Source of the DNA: an uncultured virus (IMG/VR IMGVR_UViG_3300020404_001307)
Taxonomy: Duplodnaviria > Heunggongvirae > Uroviricota > Caudoviricetes > Crassvirales
IMG/VR virus record: IMGVR_UViG_3300020404_001307
Length of the DNA stretch: 64,000 nt
Direction: 5' to 3' (one strand)
Part shown: positions 7,319 through 16,336 of the stretch, piece after piece
Layout: each line of letters begins with the position of its first letter
Position numbering within the stretch: position 1 is the stretch's first letter
The notes under the pieces: generated by a model
Databases searched by the model: none
What the model saw: only the letters and a program-made list of their open reading frames with translations
Told to the model about the DNA's origin: nothing
Made by a program: the position numbers and the translations under genes

Positions 7319-7705
7319 ATGTCAGTAACACTAACACCAACACTAAGTCTATCAAGCACAACTACAACAGGAGACCCGTTGAGCTTTTCTGTAACTAAAG
7401 CTTTAACATTAGGAGTTAACGACGTTAGACTAAGCAAGAAGTATGTTGTTAACGATCATAGCGGTAGTGACGCGCCTAAAATATTCAACCATTCAACTAT
7501 GGGCAAAAGCTACGTGTATGTAAAAAATACACATGGCACTAGAACAGTACATTTAGGAGCAACGGTTACTACGCAAGCAGCTGCAGCAGAAATGATATTA
7601 GCGCCAGGAGAGTTTGCTTTCTTTCCTTGGGCAGGAGTAAGAGATCTATTTGCCATAGCAGATGCAGATGGCGGCGAAGTAGAAGTAATGATTTTTGAAG
7701 CATAA
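7319..7705 (+). CDS. Putative virion structural protein (beta-rich), paralogue of 7719-8168
   Basis: TL.PTLSLSST, YVY.K.T and L.PGEFA.F motifs shared. Confidence 0.6.
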   Translation: MSVTLTPTLSLSSTTTTGDPLSFSVTKALTLGVNDVRLSKKYVVNDHSGSDAPKIFNHSTMGKSYVYVKNTHGTRTVHLGATVTTQAAAAEMILAPGEFAFFPWAGVRDLFAIADADGGEVEVMIFEA

Positions 7706-7718
7706 TAAAATATAAACA

Positions 7719-8168
7719 ATGGCAACACTAAAACCAACATTATCACTATCAAGCACTGATGCTCACTCAGATCCACTTAGCATGGCTGTTACCGCATCGT
7801 CAATAGTAAGTGCACCATCAACTGGTATATCAGTTATCTCAACAGATGATAACCCATTAGGAGCAGGAGCTGGCGTACTAGTAGAAGAAGATCCGTTAGT
7901 TGATACTTATGTTTATATAAAACATACTGGTAAAAAGAATACAGCTCCACTAACTGATGCAGCAGCTGGTGACAAAGTAATAGTAACCAACGTTGACGGA
8001 ACGGCAACTGGTATTAAATTAACACTTCACCCTGGAGAGTTTGCATACTTTTGTTTAGCAGCAGGTACAGGTGGTAGTGGTATCGCAGGCACACAAGGTG
8101 GGCTTAAAATAGCAAAAGTATCTGGTAATGACGTTATGGTTGAATACGGATGCTGGCGTAAAACATAA
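7719..8168 (+). CDS. Putative virion structural protein, paralogue of 7319-7705
   Basis: Same shared motifs as its paralogue. Confidence 0.6.
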   Translation: MATLKPTLSLSSTDAHSDPLSMAVTASSIVSAPSTGISVISTDDNPLGAGAGVLVEEDPLVDTYVYIKHTGKKNTAPLTDAAAGDKVIVTNVDGTATGIKLTLHPGEFAYFCLAAGTGGSGIAGTQGGLKIAKVSGNDVMVEYGCWRKT

Positions 8169-8209
8169 TAAGGAAAATCCTTATACCTAATTAATTAAAA
8201 CCAAATAAC

Positions 8210-8503
8210 ATGACATACATATACTATAAAAGTAGTACATATACTACAGAACCTAAAATTTCAGAAAAACAATTAGATGAGTGGAAACACTTAGCTGAAA
8301 AGAAAAACTGGAGAATAACACAACTACCTAACGGTTATTATCAAACAGAGGTTAATAAACCCGAAGATAAAGACCAATGGGTTGACATAACAAGAAGAGA
8401 AACAATGGAAGGTGCTGAAGCTGCTATTGATGGAAGTGTTGATCACTTTACTAAAAAGCTAGAATATATTAAAGGACCTAAAGTTGTAAAAACTTTTAAC
8501 TAA
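8210..8503 (+). CDS. Hypothetical protein
   Basis: 97-aa co-oriented ORF (NWRITQLPNGYYQTE). Confidence 0.7.
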   Translation: MTYIYYKSSTYTTEPKISEKQLDEWKHLAEKKNWRITQLPNGYYQTEVNKPEDKDQWVDITRRETMEGAEAAIDGSVDHFTKKLEYIKGPKVVKTFN

Positions 8504-8508
8504 ACAAT

Positions 8509-8865
8509 ATGGCATTTAAATTAGGAAGCAGCAATAAAAAACCAATACACTTAGGTGGGATTAAGGTTGTACCAACACCTTTAGAAAAAGGCACTGTAGC
8601 TGAAGCTAGAAATGACGGTACTATTGCTGTTGATCCTAAAGTAAAACCAGGTAGCAAACTTATGCGCAGAGTAATTAAGCACGAAATGAAGCATATGAAA
8701 GATATGGCTGAAGGCCGCGCTGATTACGGAGACAACTGGTTAATGTGGGAAGATAAAATATATATTAGAAAAAACGGTAACATTGAAGGACCTAATGGCA
8801 AATGGCCTGAAGGAGATGCTCATCATCCGTGGGAAGCAGAAGCAATAGCTGCAGAAAAACAATAA
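8509..8865 (+). CDS. Putative zincin-like metalloprotease with MAFKL N-terminus
   Basis: HEMKH (HExxH) plus downstream PWEAEA glutamate. Confidence 0.6.
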   Translation: MAFKLGSSNKKPIHLGGIKVVPTPLEKGTVAEARNDGTIAVDPKVKPGSKLMRRVIKHEMKHMKDMAEGRADYGDNWLMWEDKIYIRKNGNIEGPNGKWPEGDAHHPWEAEAIAAEKQ

Positions 8866-8882
8866 CAAATAAATAAAAGAAC

Positions 8883-9983
8883 ATGGCTTTTAAAATGAAC
8901 AGAAATAAGTTCTCTTTTGGTGAGGGAACTGGAAGTGCTAAACCTATGAATTATGGTGGCGCAAAAAATATGAATCACGACAGTGCAAAGAACATGAGCT
9001 ACGGTGGAGCAAAGAATATGAATTACAGCCCAAACGATAAAAGCCATCACGGCAGCGCAAAAGACATGTCAACTGAACCACTAAAATTTAGAAGTTATGT
9101 AGCTAGAAAGCTTGTTGAAGGTAGTGTTAAAGCTTCAAAAAGTATTAAAAATCTTTATAACAAAGCAGCAAAACAATTTAGTAAAACTAAACCTAAAACT
9201 AATACTAAGGCTAATACTAAGACTAGTACTAAAACCACTACTAATAAAAACGATGTTACTAAATTTGAACAAAAACTACCAGCAAATAACAAAAATAATC
9301 CTAATTTTACTAATCCAAAAGGCGGGCCAAAAACTGGTAATAAAAATATTAAACTAGACGCTAAAAATATAAAAAAGCCTACTAAGTCAAAAAGTACTGT
9401 ATCAAAAACAATAAACACAATTGGTAACCTATCACTTGTTGGAGCTGGTGTAAATGAAGGAATTAAATTGTTTAAAAATAAATCTAAAGACACAGTAGAA
9501 GATACTACTAAAACTAACGGATCAGGCGGTGGTAAAGGCGGCGGTAAAGGCGGTAGTAAAGGCGGTGGTAAAAATGATAAAAAAACTACTACTACTACTA
9601 CCACTGATACTAAACCAGGTAAAGTAACTACATCTAAAATAACTAGAGGTAGAGATACCGTAACTAAAAGAAAAGAAGAGGGTGTTAGCGAAAGTGTTAG
9701 ATTAGATAGAAAAAGAAAAATAGGTGGTGATAAACAAATAGATCAGACTATAAATCTTCAAACTGGAAAGTCTAAAGAAAGAAAAACTAAAACAAACAAA
9801 GCTAAAGAAAGGTTCTACGATGAAAAGGGAACAATGACTAGAAAGACTAAAGATAAAAGAGGTAAACAAAAAATTACTACCTATGAAGATGGTAAGATTA
9901 CTAAAACTAAAGTTAATAAAAGAACTGGTAAAGTTAAAGTTAAAACTAGAAGACGAGGCCAGATCTTTGCTAAAAAATCATAA
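8883..9983 (+). CDS. Very basic low-complexity protein (MAFKM family), putative internal virion protein
   Basis: K/T-rich; tandem ~8-aa AKNMNY repeats; GGGK repeats. Confidence 0.65.
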   Translation: MAFKMNRNKFSFGEGTGSAKPMNYGGAKNMNHDSAKNMSYGGAKNMNYSPNDKSHHGSAKDMSTEPLKFRSYVARKLVEGSVKASKSIKNLYNKAAKQFSKTKPKTNTKANTKTSTKTTTNKNDVTKFEQKLPANNKNNPNFTNPKGGPKTGNKNIKLDAKNIKKPTKSKSTVSKTINTIGNLSLVGAGVNEGIKLFKNKSKDTVEDTTKTNGSGGGKGGGKGGSKGGGKNDKKTTTTTTTDTKPGKVTTSKITRGRDTVTKRKEEGVSESVRLDRKRKIGGDKQIDQTINLQTGKSKERKTKTNKAKERFYDEKGTMTRKTKDKRGKQKITTYEDGKITKTKVNKRTGKVKVKTRRRGQIFAKKS

Positions 9984-9985
9984 AC

Positions 9986-10753
9986 ATGGCATTTAAAATG
10001 AAAGCAGGGTCAGACGGCCCAATGAGAAAAAACTTCCCGCACGTATTTAAAAAAGATCACGGTGGTGCTAAGAACATGAACTACAGCGCTAAGAAAATGA
10101 ATTACAGCGCTAAGAAAAAAATAGATGAGTTCGGGGAGTATATAGACGATGCTGGCTCTCCTGTTCAAGACCCAGCTAACGCTCCTTCTCCTAGAAATAA
10201 ATCTAAGTTAAGACAAAAAATAGATGCTGGTAGAGTTAGAAGAAAAACTAGAAAAGCTCAAAAGCTAAAAGACAAAGCTGCTAACCTTAGAGAAAATGCT
10301 GCTAATGATCCAAGAAGTAGAAAAAGAGCTGATAGATTAGAAAGAAGAGCTACTAATAAAGAGAAAAGAGCTAATTTAAAACAATCACAAGCTAAAAATA
10401 TAACTGAAGGAAAAGATAAAATGGCTAACGTTACTGATGACAGAACTACAATGCAAGCTTTAAGAGGTGGTAAGAACGTAACATTTGGTGATGAAGGTAG
10501 AAAAGGTGATAAGGTCAAGACAGACGCTGTAATAGGTGATGTTGCTCCTGAAAACAAAGCTCCAAAAGAAGAGCCTAAAAAATCTGTAGTTAACGATGAA
10601 ATGTCATTTAGTGAAGCTTATAGAGCTCAAAGAAACGCTAATAAGAAAGCTGGTATAGCTCATTACGGAGATAAAGCTGGAAACTTTACTTGGAGAGGTA
10701 AGACATACAACACTGAGTCAAGATCAGAAAAAGCCAAAAGAACAGGAAAGTAG
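9986..10753 (+). CDS. Basic protein (MAFKM family), putative internal virion protein
   Basis: AKNMNY/AKKMNY repeats; C-terminal SFSEAY...FTWRGKTYNT module. Confidence 0.65.
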   Translation: MAFKMKAGSDGPMRKNFPHVFKKDHGGAKNMNYSAKKMNYSAKKKIDEFGEYIDDAGSPVQDPANAPSPRNKSKLRQKIDAGRVRRKTRKAQKLKDKAANLRENAANDPRSRKRADRLERRATNKEKRANLKQSQAKNITEGKDKMANVTDDRTTMQALRGGKNVTFGDEGRKGDKVKTDAVIGDVAPENKAPKEEPKKSVVNDEMSFSEAYRAQRNANKKAGIAHYGDKAGNFTWRGKTYNTESRSEKAKRTGK

Positions 10754-10801
10754 TAGAGCTTTAAATCTACACAAGTTAAATTAAATTAAATTAAATACAT
10801 T

Positions 10802-12370
10802 ATGGAATACAATTTACCAAGTGAGTTGGTAAAAAACTTAGACTTCGGTGATGACGCTAAGAAAAGAGTTATTGCCGGAGTTAACAAGTTAGCCCAAGCC
10901 GTTAAATCTACATTAGGTGCTTCAGGTAAGTGCGTTGTATATGAAGATGGTCGTGGCAAGCCGGTCATAACAAAAGACGGTGTAACCGTTGCGGAAAGCG
11001 TAGTCTTATATGATCCGGTCGAGAACATGGGCGCAACTCTAATTAAAGAAGCTGCTAGAAATACAGTTAACGAAGCTGGTGACGGCACAACAACTGCTAC
11101 AGTGCTAGCTGAAGCAATAATCAAACAAATAGACGCTGCGACCGCAGAAGGTCTAACAATCAGAGAAATAAAAGATGGGGTTAACAAAACGCTAGAAGAT
11201 GTTATTGCTTATTTAAATAATAAAGCAATAGATGTTGAAGGTAGTATGTTAGAGTCTGTTAGTGCTATATCATGCAACAACGATAAAGAGCTAGGTGCTA
11301 TAATAGCAAAAGCTTATTTTACAGTTGGAAAAAGCGGCGTAGTATTAATGGAAGAAAGCGAATCAGATGAAACGTATGTTGACATCGTAGATGGCGTTAA
11401 AGTAGAGTGTGGGCTTACGTCTCCTCACTTTGTTACTAATACGGAAAAACATACATGTGAACTAGATAATCCGTATGTTTTTATTTGTTCTTCTGAAATA
11501 CCCAATGTACGTAAGGTACAAAGTATACTTGAGTACGTTATTAAGAACAACCGATCTTTACTCATAGTAGCTCCAGTAGCACAGCAAGTAAAGTCGGCGC
11601 TAATGATGAATAAAGTTAAAGGTAATATTAAGGTAAACATTATTGATTTACCAGGCTTTGGTCCTACTAAAAAAGATACTACAGACGATCTAGCTATATT
11701 AACTGGAGCTACAGTTATGAATGAAGAACTTGGCGATGATTTAGATTTAATGAAGCCTGAGTATTTAGGTGAAGCTGAGTTTGCCGTAACAGATGACAAG
11801 CACACGGTGCTAACACTTGAAGGTATGACTGAAGGTATTGAAGGTAGAATAGATGAGCTAAATAAACATCTGCTTGAAGAAAAAAATGATTTTATTAAAA
11901 AGAAACTAGAAGCTAGATTAGCCATGTTATCAGGTAGTGTAGGTATAGTTAAAGTTGGAGCAAACTCTAAGGTTGAGCTTAAAGAAAAGAAAGACAGAGT
12001 TGAAGATGCTATATATGCTACTAAGGCAGCATTGCAAGAAGGTATTGTGCCCGGTGGTGGCGTAGCTCTATTAAACGCTAGTCAAGAAATAGAAACTAAA
12101 AGATGTGGTAAAGTATTACTTAACGCGCTATCGTCACCATTTAAAACTATACTTGACAACGCTGGTTTAGAACAAGTAGCGCCAAGACCTATTAAAGGTA
12201 TAGGTGTAGATGTAGTAACTAGCAAAGAAGTTAATATGGTTGAGTCTGGCATTATTGATCCAGTACTTGTGACTAAGTCTGCACTTAAAAACGCTGTAAG
12301 TGTAGCACTAACTATTATGTCAGCGGATTGTGTAATATCAAATGTACGTATACCAAATGCAAGCAGTTAA
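10802..12370 (+). CDS. groEL: Chaperonin GroEL
   Basis: ITKDGVTVA, AGDGTTTATVLA, KDRVEDA and GIVPGGG motifs. Confidence 0.96.
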   Translation: MEYNLPSELVKNLDFGDDAKKRVIAGVNKLAQAVKSTLGASGKCVVYEDGRGKPVITKDGVTVAESVVLYDPVENMGATLIKEAARNTVNEAGDGTTTATVLAEAIIKQIDAATAEGLTIREIKDGVNKTLEDVIAYLNNKAIDVEGSMLESVSAISCNNDKELGAIIAKAYFTVGKSGVVLMEESESDETYVDIVDGVKVECGLTSPHFVTNTEKHTCELDNPYVFICSSEIPNVRKVQSILEYVIKNNRSLLIVAPVAQQVKSALMMNKVKGNIKVNIIDLPGFGPTKKDTTDDLAILTGATVMNEELGDDLDLMKPEYLGEAEFAVTDDKHTVLTLEGMTEGIEGRIDELNKHLLEEKNDFIKKKLEARLAMLSGSVGIVKVGANSKVELKEKKDRVEDAIYATKAALQEGIVPGGGVALLNASQEIETKRCGKVLLNALSSPFKTILDNAGLEQVAPRPIKGIGVDVVTSKEVNMVESGIIDPVLVTKSALKNAVSVALTIMSADCVISNVRIPNASS

Positions 12371-12614
12371 CGATTATGTAATAGTTGATATAATAAAAGA
12401 AGGGCCAAAGAAAGTTGGTGGTCTTATATTAACTGAACAAACAGATGAAACGAACAGGTACAAAAAAGCTAATGTTATTTCTACAGGTAATGACGTCCCT
12501 GTTGTTAATAAAGGCGATGTTGTATACTACGATGCAGTTGCTGGACACGATATAGCTTACAACGACATTGTATATAGAGTTATACGCGCTAGAGATATAG
12601 TTATAGTAGAATAA
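12357..12614 (+). CDS. groES: Co-chaperonin GroES
   Basis: Adjacent to groEL; mobile loop KKVGGLIL, V..GD.V.Y; likely start MQAVND at 12357. Confidence 0.85.
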   Translation: MQAVNDYVIVDIIKEGPKKVGGLILTEQTDETNRYKKANVISTGNDVPVVNKGDVVYYDAVAGHDIAYNDIVYRVIRARDIVIVE

Positions 12615-12727
12615 TTACTATTTATTAAAAACGTGTAATTACTATTAAAGTAGATTATACATAAACTATAAACCAAAACCTAAACCAAATAATCATAAAT
12701 TAATTATAAACTTAAAAAAAACAAGAT

Positions 12728-13033
12728 ATGTTATTAGATAATGAAAAAATGTTAATTTTTAAAAATGCTGATGATGATACCGCTATGTTACCGCTTTCTA
12801 GGTTGAAAGAAATAAACGGTGGCACTGGATCAATAGTATTAACTTTTGATGCTGAAGCTGACGTAGATGTAATCACGTTAGCTTGTGGGGCAGATGAATT
12901 TGAAGCTTGTAAAAAACTTATAAGATTCATAAACTCAACTAGAATAGTTAACAATAGTGGTGCTTTAGTTATAGCAGATGATATAGCTGGGGTATACTGT
13001 GATCCTGAATTTACAGGTGTAACAATAGCTTAA
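12728..13033 (+). CDS. Hypothetical (possibly structural) protein, paralogue of 13060-13368
   Basis: F.NAD.D....PL..LK and VIADD/VVGDD motifs shared. Confidence 0.6.
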   Translation: MLLDNEKMLIFKNADDDTAMLPLSRLKEINGGTGSIVLTFDAEADVDVITLACGADEFEACKKLIRFINSTRIVNNSGALVIADDIAGVYCDPEFTGVTIA

Positions 13034-13059
13034 TTACTAACTTTTAAAAATATAACAAA

Positions 13060-13368
13060 ATGAACAAATTTTTATTTTTCCAAAACGCAGATAACGACTG
13101 TAATGTTTACCCCTTAACTAAACTAAAATCAGTTGAAGGCGAAGACGATGCTTTAAAATTTACCTTTGACGTTGCAGGAGGCGTTGACACTATTTCTGTA
13201 CTTTTAGAAGACGACTCTGATGAATTAGTAGCAATGAGAGAAGTTGCTGAAGCAATTAACGCTCATCCGCACGGCGATGGTGTTATAGTAGTAGGAGACG
13301 ATGCTAACACTAAGTTTGCTATGACTGCTTTTAAAAAAGACGGTAACGCTGTTGGTGCAGCAGGGTAA
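13060..13368 (+). CDS. Hypothetical (possibly structural) protein, paralogue of 12728-13033
   Basis: Same shared motifs as its paralogue. Confidence 0.6.
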   Translation: MNKFLFFQNADNDCNVYPLTKLKSVEGEDDALKFTFDVAGGVDTISVLLEDDSDELVAMREVAEAINAHPHGDGVIVVGDDANTKFAMTAFKKDGNAVGAAG

Positions 13369-13371
13369 TAG

Positions 13372-13812
13372 ATGCGATTAACTAGTCACGATTTACGTGA
13401 TTTACAAATCCTTAAGTATTACAGGCTCGTTAGAAAATGGGCCTGTAAAACTTACGGGTTAACAGACGCTGATCTTGAATTACTAATTTACTTAGATTGC
13501 AAGGGGCGTTTTACAAGAAATGAATTTATCGACGGTACCTATACAATGAGTTGGGATAAAAACCGTTGGGAAAAATTAAGGAGGAATGGTTGGATAGAAA
13601 CGTGGAGACACAGAAATAGAACAACCATCAAATACTCAGTATTCAAAACCTCCTTTAAGTGCTCACACTTGATAAGTAGAATATATCGTATACTTTTAGG
13701 GGAAGAGGATATACCTACTTCAGAATCAAATGTGTTTTTTAATAACAAATCATACACCGATAAGGTAATGAATAAGTCTATCGATGATATGATAAAAGAT
13801 AATAAACGATGA
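13372..13812 (+). CDS. Hypothetical protein, possible winged-helix DNA-binding protein
   Basis: YGLTDADLELLIYL...L.RNGWIE resembles MarR-type wHTH. Confidence 0.45.
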   Translation: MRLTSHDLRDLQILKYYRLVRKWACKTYGLTDADLELLIYLDCKGRFTRNEFIDGTYTMSWDKNRWEKLRRNGWIETWRHRNRTTIKYSVFKTSFKCSHLISRIYRILLGEEDIPTSESNVFFNNKSYTDKVMNKSIDDMIKDNKR

Positions 13813-14231
13813 TAGGAAAATTTATAGGTGGCTTATTCGGCAAAGTAGTAGAAAATGCAGAAGGAATACTTGATAAAGTTATTACAACAGACAAAGAAAG
13901 AGATGAAGCGAAACTCGCTCTTAGACGGCTATTACTTGACGCCGAAACAGAAGCTTTTAAACAAGAGGTCGAGGATAGAAAAAGCGCTCGTGATATGTAC
14001 AAAGACGATGCGCTCATTCAAAAAATCCTTGCGACATTATTTACAGCAGCATACTTTGGATTAAGTTTCATGATGTTTAAGTTTTTCGTAATGAGAGATC
14101 TTGAACTAGGTGAGTTTGAAATAAGTTTTATTTCTACTATATTTGGAGCCATGAGTGCTAAAGTTAATACGGTAGTCGATTTTTTCTTCGGCGGATCGTC
14201 AAAGAAAAATGAACAAACAAATAAAAAATAA
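13809..14231 (+). CDS. Putative holin (GTA/3TM-holin-like)
   Basis: Amphipathic N-terminus, DRKSAR motif, two hydrophobic helices, FFFGGSS ending. Confidence 0.65.
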   Translation: MIGKFIGGLFGKVVENAEGILDKVITTDKERDEAKLALRRLLLDAETEAFKQEVEDRKSARDMYKDDALIQKILATLFTAAYFGLSFMMFKFFVMRDLELGEFEISFISTIFGAMSAKVNTVVDFFFGGSSKKNEQTNKK

Positions 14232-14236
14232 ATAAA

Positions 14237-15025
14237 ATGAGAAAATTTTTTAATGTAAAAGTTAAACCTAGAATAGTATACAATATTAACGATTTTGCCG
14301 CTGATGATGTATTATTTGATTTTACACCTTTTGATGTTCCAAAGGGTGCTGTTGAATTAGTTAGCGGGCAAATGATGGTTAGAGTAAAATCTAATTTAAG
14401 TCAGAATGTAGGAGTTAATGATACTAATGAGTTAATATTCTGTAAAGATTTACCTGGAGGTGTTGCTCCTGGAAGTATAGGAACTCCACACGCTACGGCG
14501 GGTGGCACTGGATATTACCATAATCTATTAGGATCGATTCACATGTCGGGTGATCCGCTTGACGCGCTTGATTTCGTAGGTATAATATCAGCTGCAGGGG
14601 GCTTTAGTGGAGACGGTCTACCGTTAGTTTTACAAGGAGAGCCAGACTCTGGCACAAACGTAGGATACGATAGATTATACGTTGCTGGTATACATAAAGT
14701 GGGTAGCCAACCTCAAGCATATAACTTTTACTCAGGTATACTTGTAGACGGAGCTTTTAATGCTGACGGCTCAGTTTCATCTATAAATGTTGATAACGGA
14801 GCGGGAGCTAGCGCTGGAGCGGGATTAAAACTTGATAAAGGAGATGTTCTTGAAACATCAACAGGACAAGTGCTAGGTACTGTAAAGTCTATATCTATGA
14901 CTAACACTGACGACACAATAACGTTTGAAGAACCAATAACATTAGATGGTGGACCTACTATAGCTGACAATACTATCCTTCATAATCCTCATCCAATTAT
15001 GCTACAGTTTGGGTTTGAAATATAA
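14237..15025 (+). CDS. Putative structural protein
   Basis: Gly/Asp-rich beta-type composition in the late block. Confidence 0.5.
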   Translation: MRKFFNVKVKPRIVYNINDFAADDVLFDFTPFDVPKGAVELVSGQMMVRVKSNLSQNVGVNDTNELIFCKDLPGGVAPGSIGTPHATAGGTGYYHNLLGSIHMSGDPLDALDFVGIISAAGGFSGDGLPLVLQGEPDSGTNVGYDRLYVAGIHKVGSQPQAYNFYSGILVDGAFNADGSVSSINVDNGAGASAGAGLKLDKGDVLETSTGQVLGTVKSISMTNTDDTITFEEPITLDGGPTIADNTILHNPHPIMLQFGFEI

Positions 15026-15054
15026 AAAATATAAATTAAATAAAATTAAATACA

Positions 15055-15327
15055 ATGGCAAAAAAAGAAAAAGTCGTTGACCTTAAACCAAAGGTTGACA
15101 AAATATCAAAAGAACATTTAGATAGTTTACAAAAAGTAGTTAATACTATAAATGGCATACAGTTTAATATAGGTAAAATAGAAACTCAAAAACATCATTT
15201 GTTACATAACCTTGATGAAGCTCAGAAAGGTATAAAGACGATGCAGGACATGCTAGTAAAAGAATATGGCACTTATGACGTTAACTTAGAGGACGGAACT
15301 ATTAACTGGCCTAAAGATGAAAAGTAA
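15055..15327 (+). CDS. Hypothetical coiled-coil protein
   Basis: Heptad-like pattern ending EYG...VNLEDGTI. Confidence 0.6.
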   Translation: MAKKEKVVDLKPKVDKISKEHLDSLQKVVNTINGIQFNIGKIETQKHHLLHNLDEAQKGIKTMQDMLVKEYGTYDVNLEDGTINWPKDEK

Positions 15328-15541
15328 TATAATTAGAAAAATTACTATAGGTAAAGACTATAAAAATGATTCAATGCACTACGCCGTAGATCAAGAGGTT
15401 TACGGCGGGCATACAATTTGTGATATAATTGAAGAAGAAGACAAGTATTCTATTTATATTAGAAAAGACAAAGTAGTTATACCTTGGAAGGATTTTAATA
15501 AAAATATGGCCATATCAGTTGAGTACAACTTAGAATACTAA
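15317..15541 (+). CDS. Hypothetical protein
   Basis: IRKITIGKDYKNDSMHY; overlapping start/stop junctions. Confidence 0.7.
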   Translation: MKSNIIRKITIGKDYKNDSMHYAVDQEVYGGHTICDIIEEEDKYSIYIRKDKVVIPWKDFNKNMAISVEYNLEY

Positions 15542-16119
15542 TGAATGCTTATAAAGATTATATTATCGAGCCTGTTGGCGATAGGTATAATAACAGTGTA
15601 CGAGTTAATGACAAAGAATTAATACTTAATACAGAAGTATTTAATCATCAGTATATAAATAGGTTAGCAAGAGTTATCGCTACTCCACTATTATTTCAGT
15701 CACCTTTAAAAGTAGGTGATGAAGTAATAGTACATCATAATATATTTAGAAGATGGCATGATGTTAAAGGTAGAGAAAGAAACAGTAGGTCTTACTGGAA
15801 AGAAAATAAATATATAGCATCAGAAGATCAAATATATTTATACAATAATAAAGCTATGCCTGGTTATAGTTTTGTTAAGCCTATAAAATCAAATAGTAAA
15901 CTAGATACTAATATAGAGCAACCTTTAATTGGTATAGTAAAGTATACTGACGGTAAATTTAAAACTAACACATTGGTTGGGTTTACACCTAATAGCGAAT
16001 ACGAGTTTGTTATAAATGAAGAAAGATTATATAGGGTTATGAATAAGTTTATTACAATTAAATATGAATATCAAGGAAACGAAGAAGAATATAATCCAAG
16101 CTGGGCAAAAAGCAGTTGA
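15541..16119 (+). CDS. Divergent GroES-like protein (tentative)
   Basis: IIEP..., ELIL, ARVIATP, LKVGDEVIV pattern; about twice the GroES length. Confidence 0.45.
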   Translation: MNAYKDYIIEPVGDRYNNSVRVNDKELILNTEVFNHQYINRLARVIATPLLFQSPLKVGDEVIVHHNIFRRWHDVKGRERNSRSYWKENKYIASEDQIYLYNNKAMPGYSFVKPIKSNSKLDTNIEQPLIGIVKYTDGKFKTNTLVGFTPNSEYEFVINEERLYRVMNKFITIKYEYQGNEEEYNPSWAKSS

Positions 16120-16336
16120 AGAGCTAATTAAAGTTGCTAAAGAACCTATAGTTGACAGTGACGATGACATATCAGCTGATAGATTAAAAAACGCAGCTGC
16201 TACAAAAAAGCTAGCTATATTTGATGCTTTTGAAATACTTAACCGCATAAATGAAGAAAAAAATATGCTTGAAGGTAAAGTAGAAGAAAATAAAGAAGTT
16301 AAGTTTAAAGGTTTTGCAGAAGGTAGATCTAAATGA
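16064..16336 (+). CDS. Putative terminase small subunit
   Basis: Small helical protein overlapping the start of TerL. Confidence 0.5.
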   Translation: MNIKETKKNIIQAGQKAVEELIKVAKEPIVDSDDDISADRLKNAAATKKLAIFDAFEILNRINEEKNMLEGKVEENKEVKFKGFAEGRSK

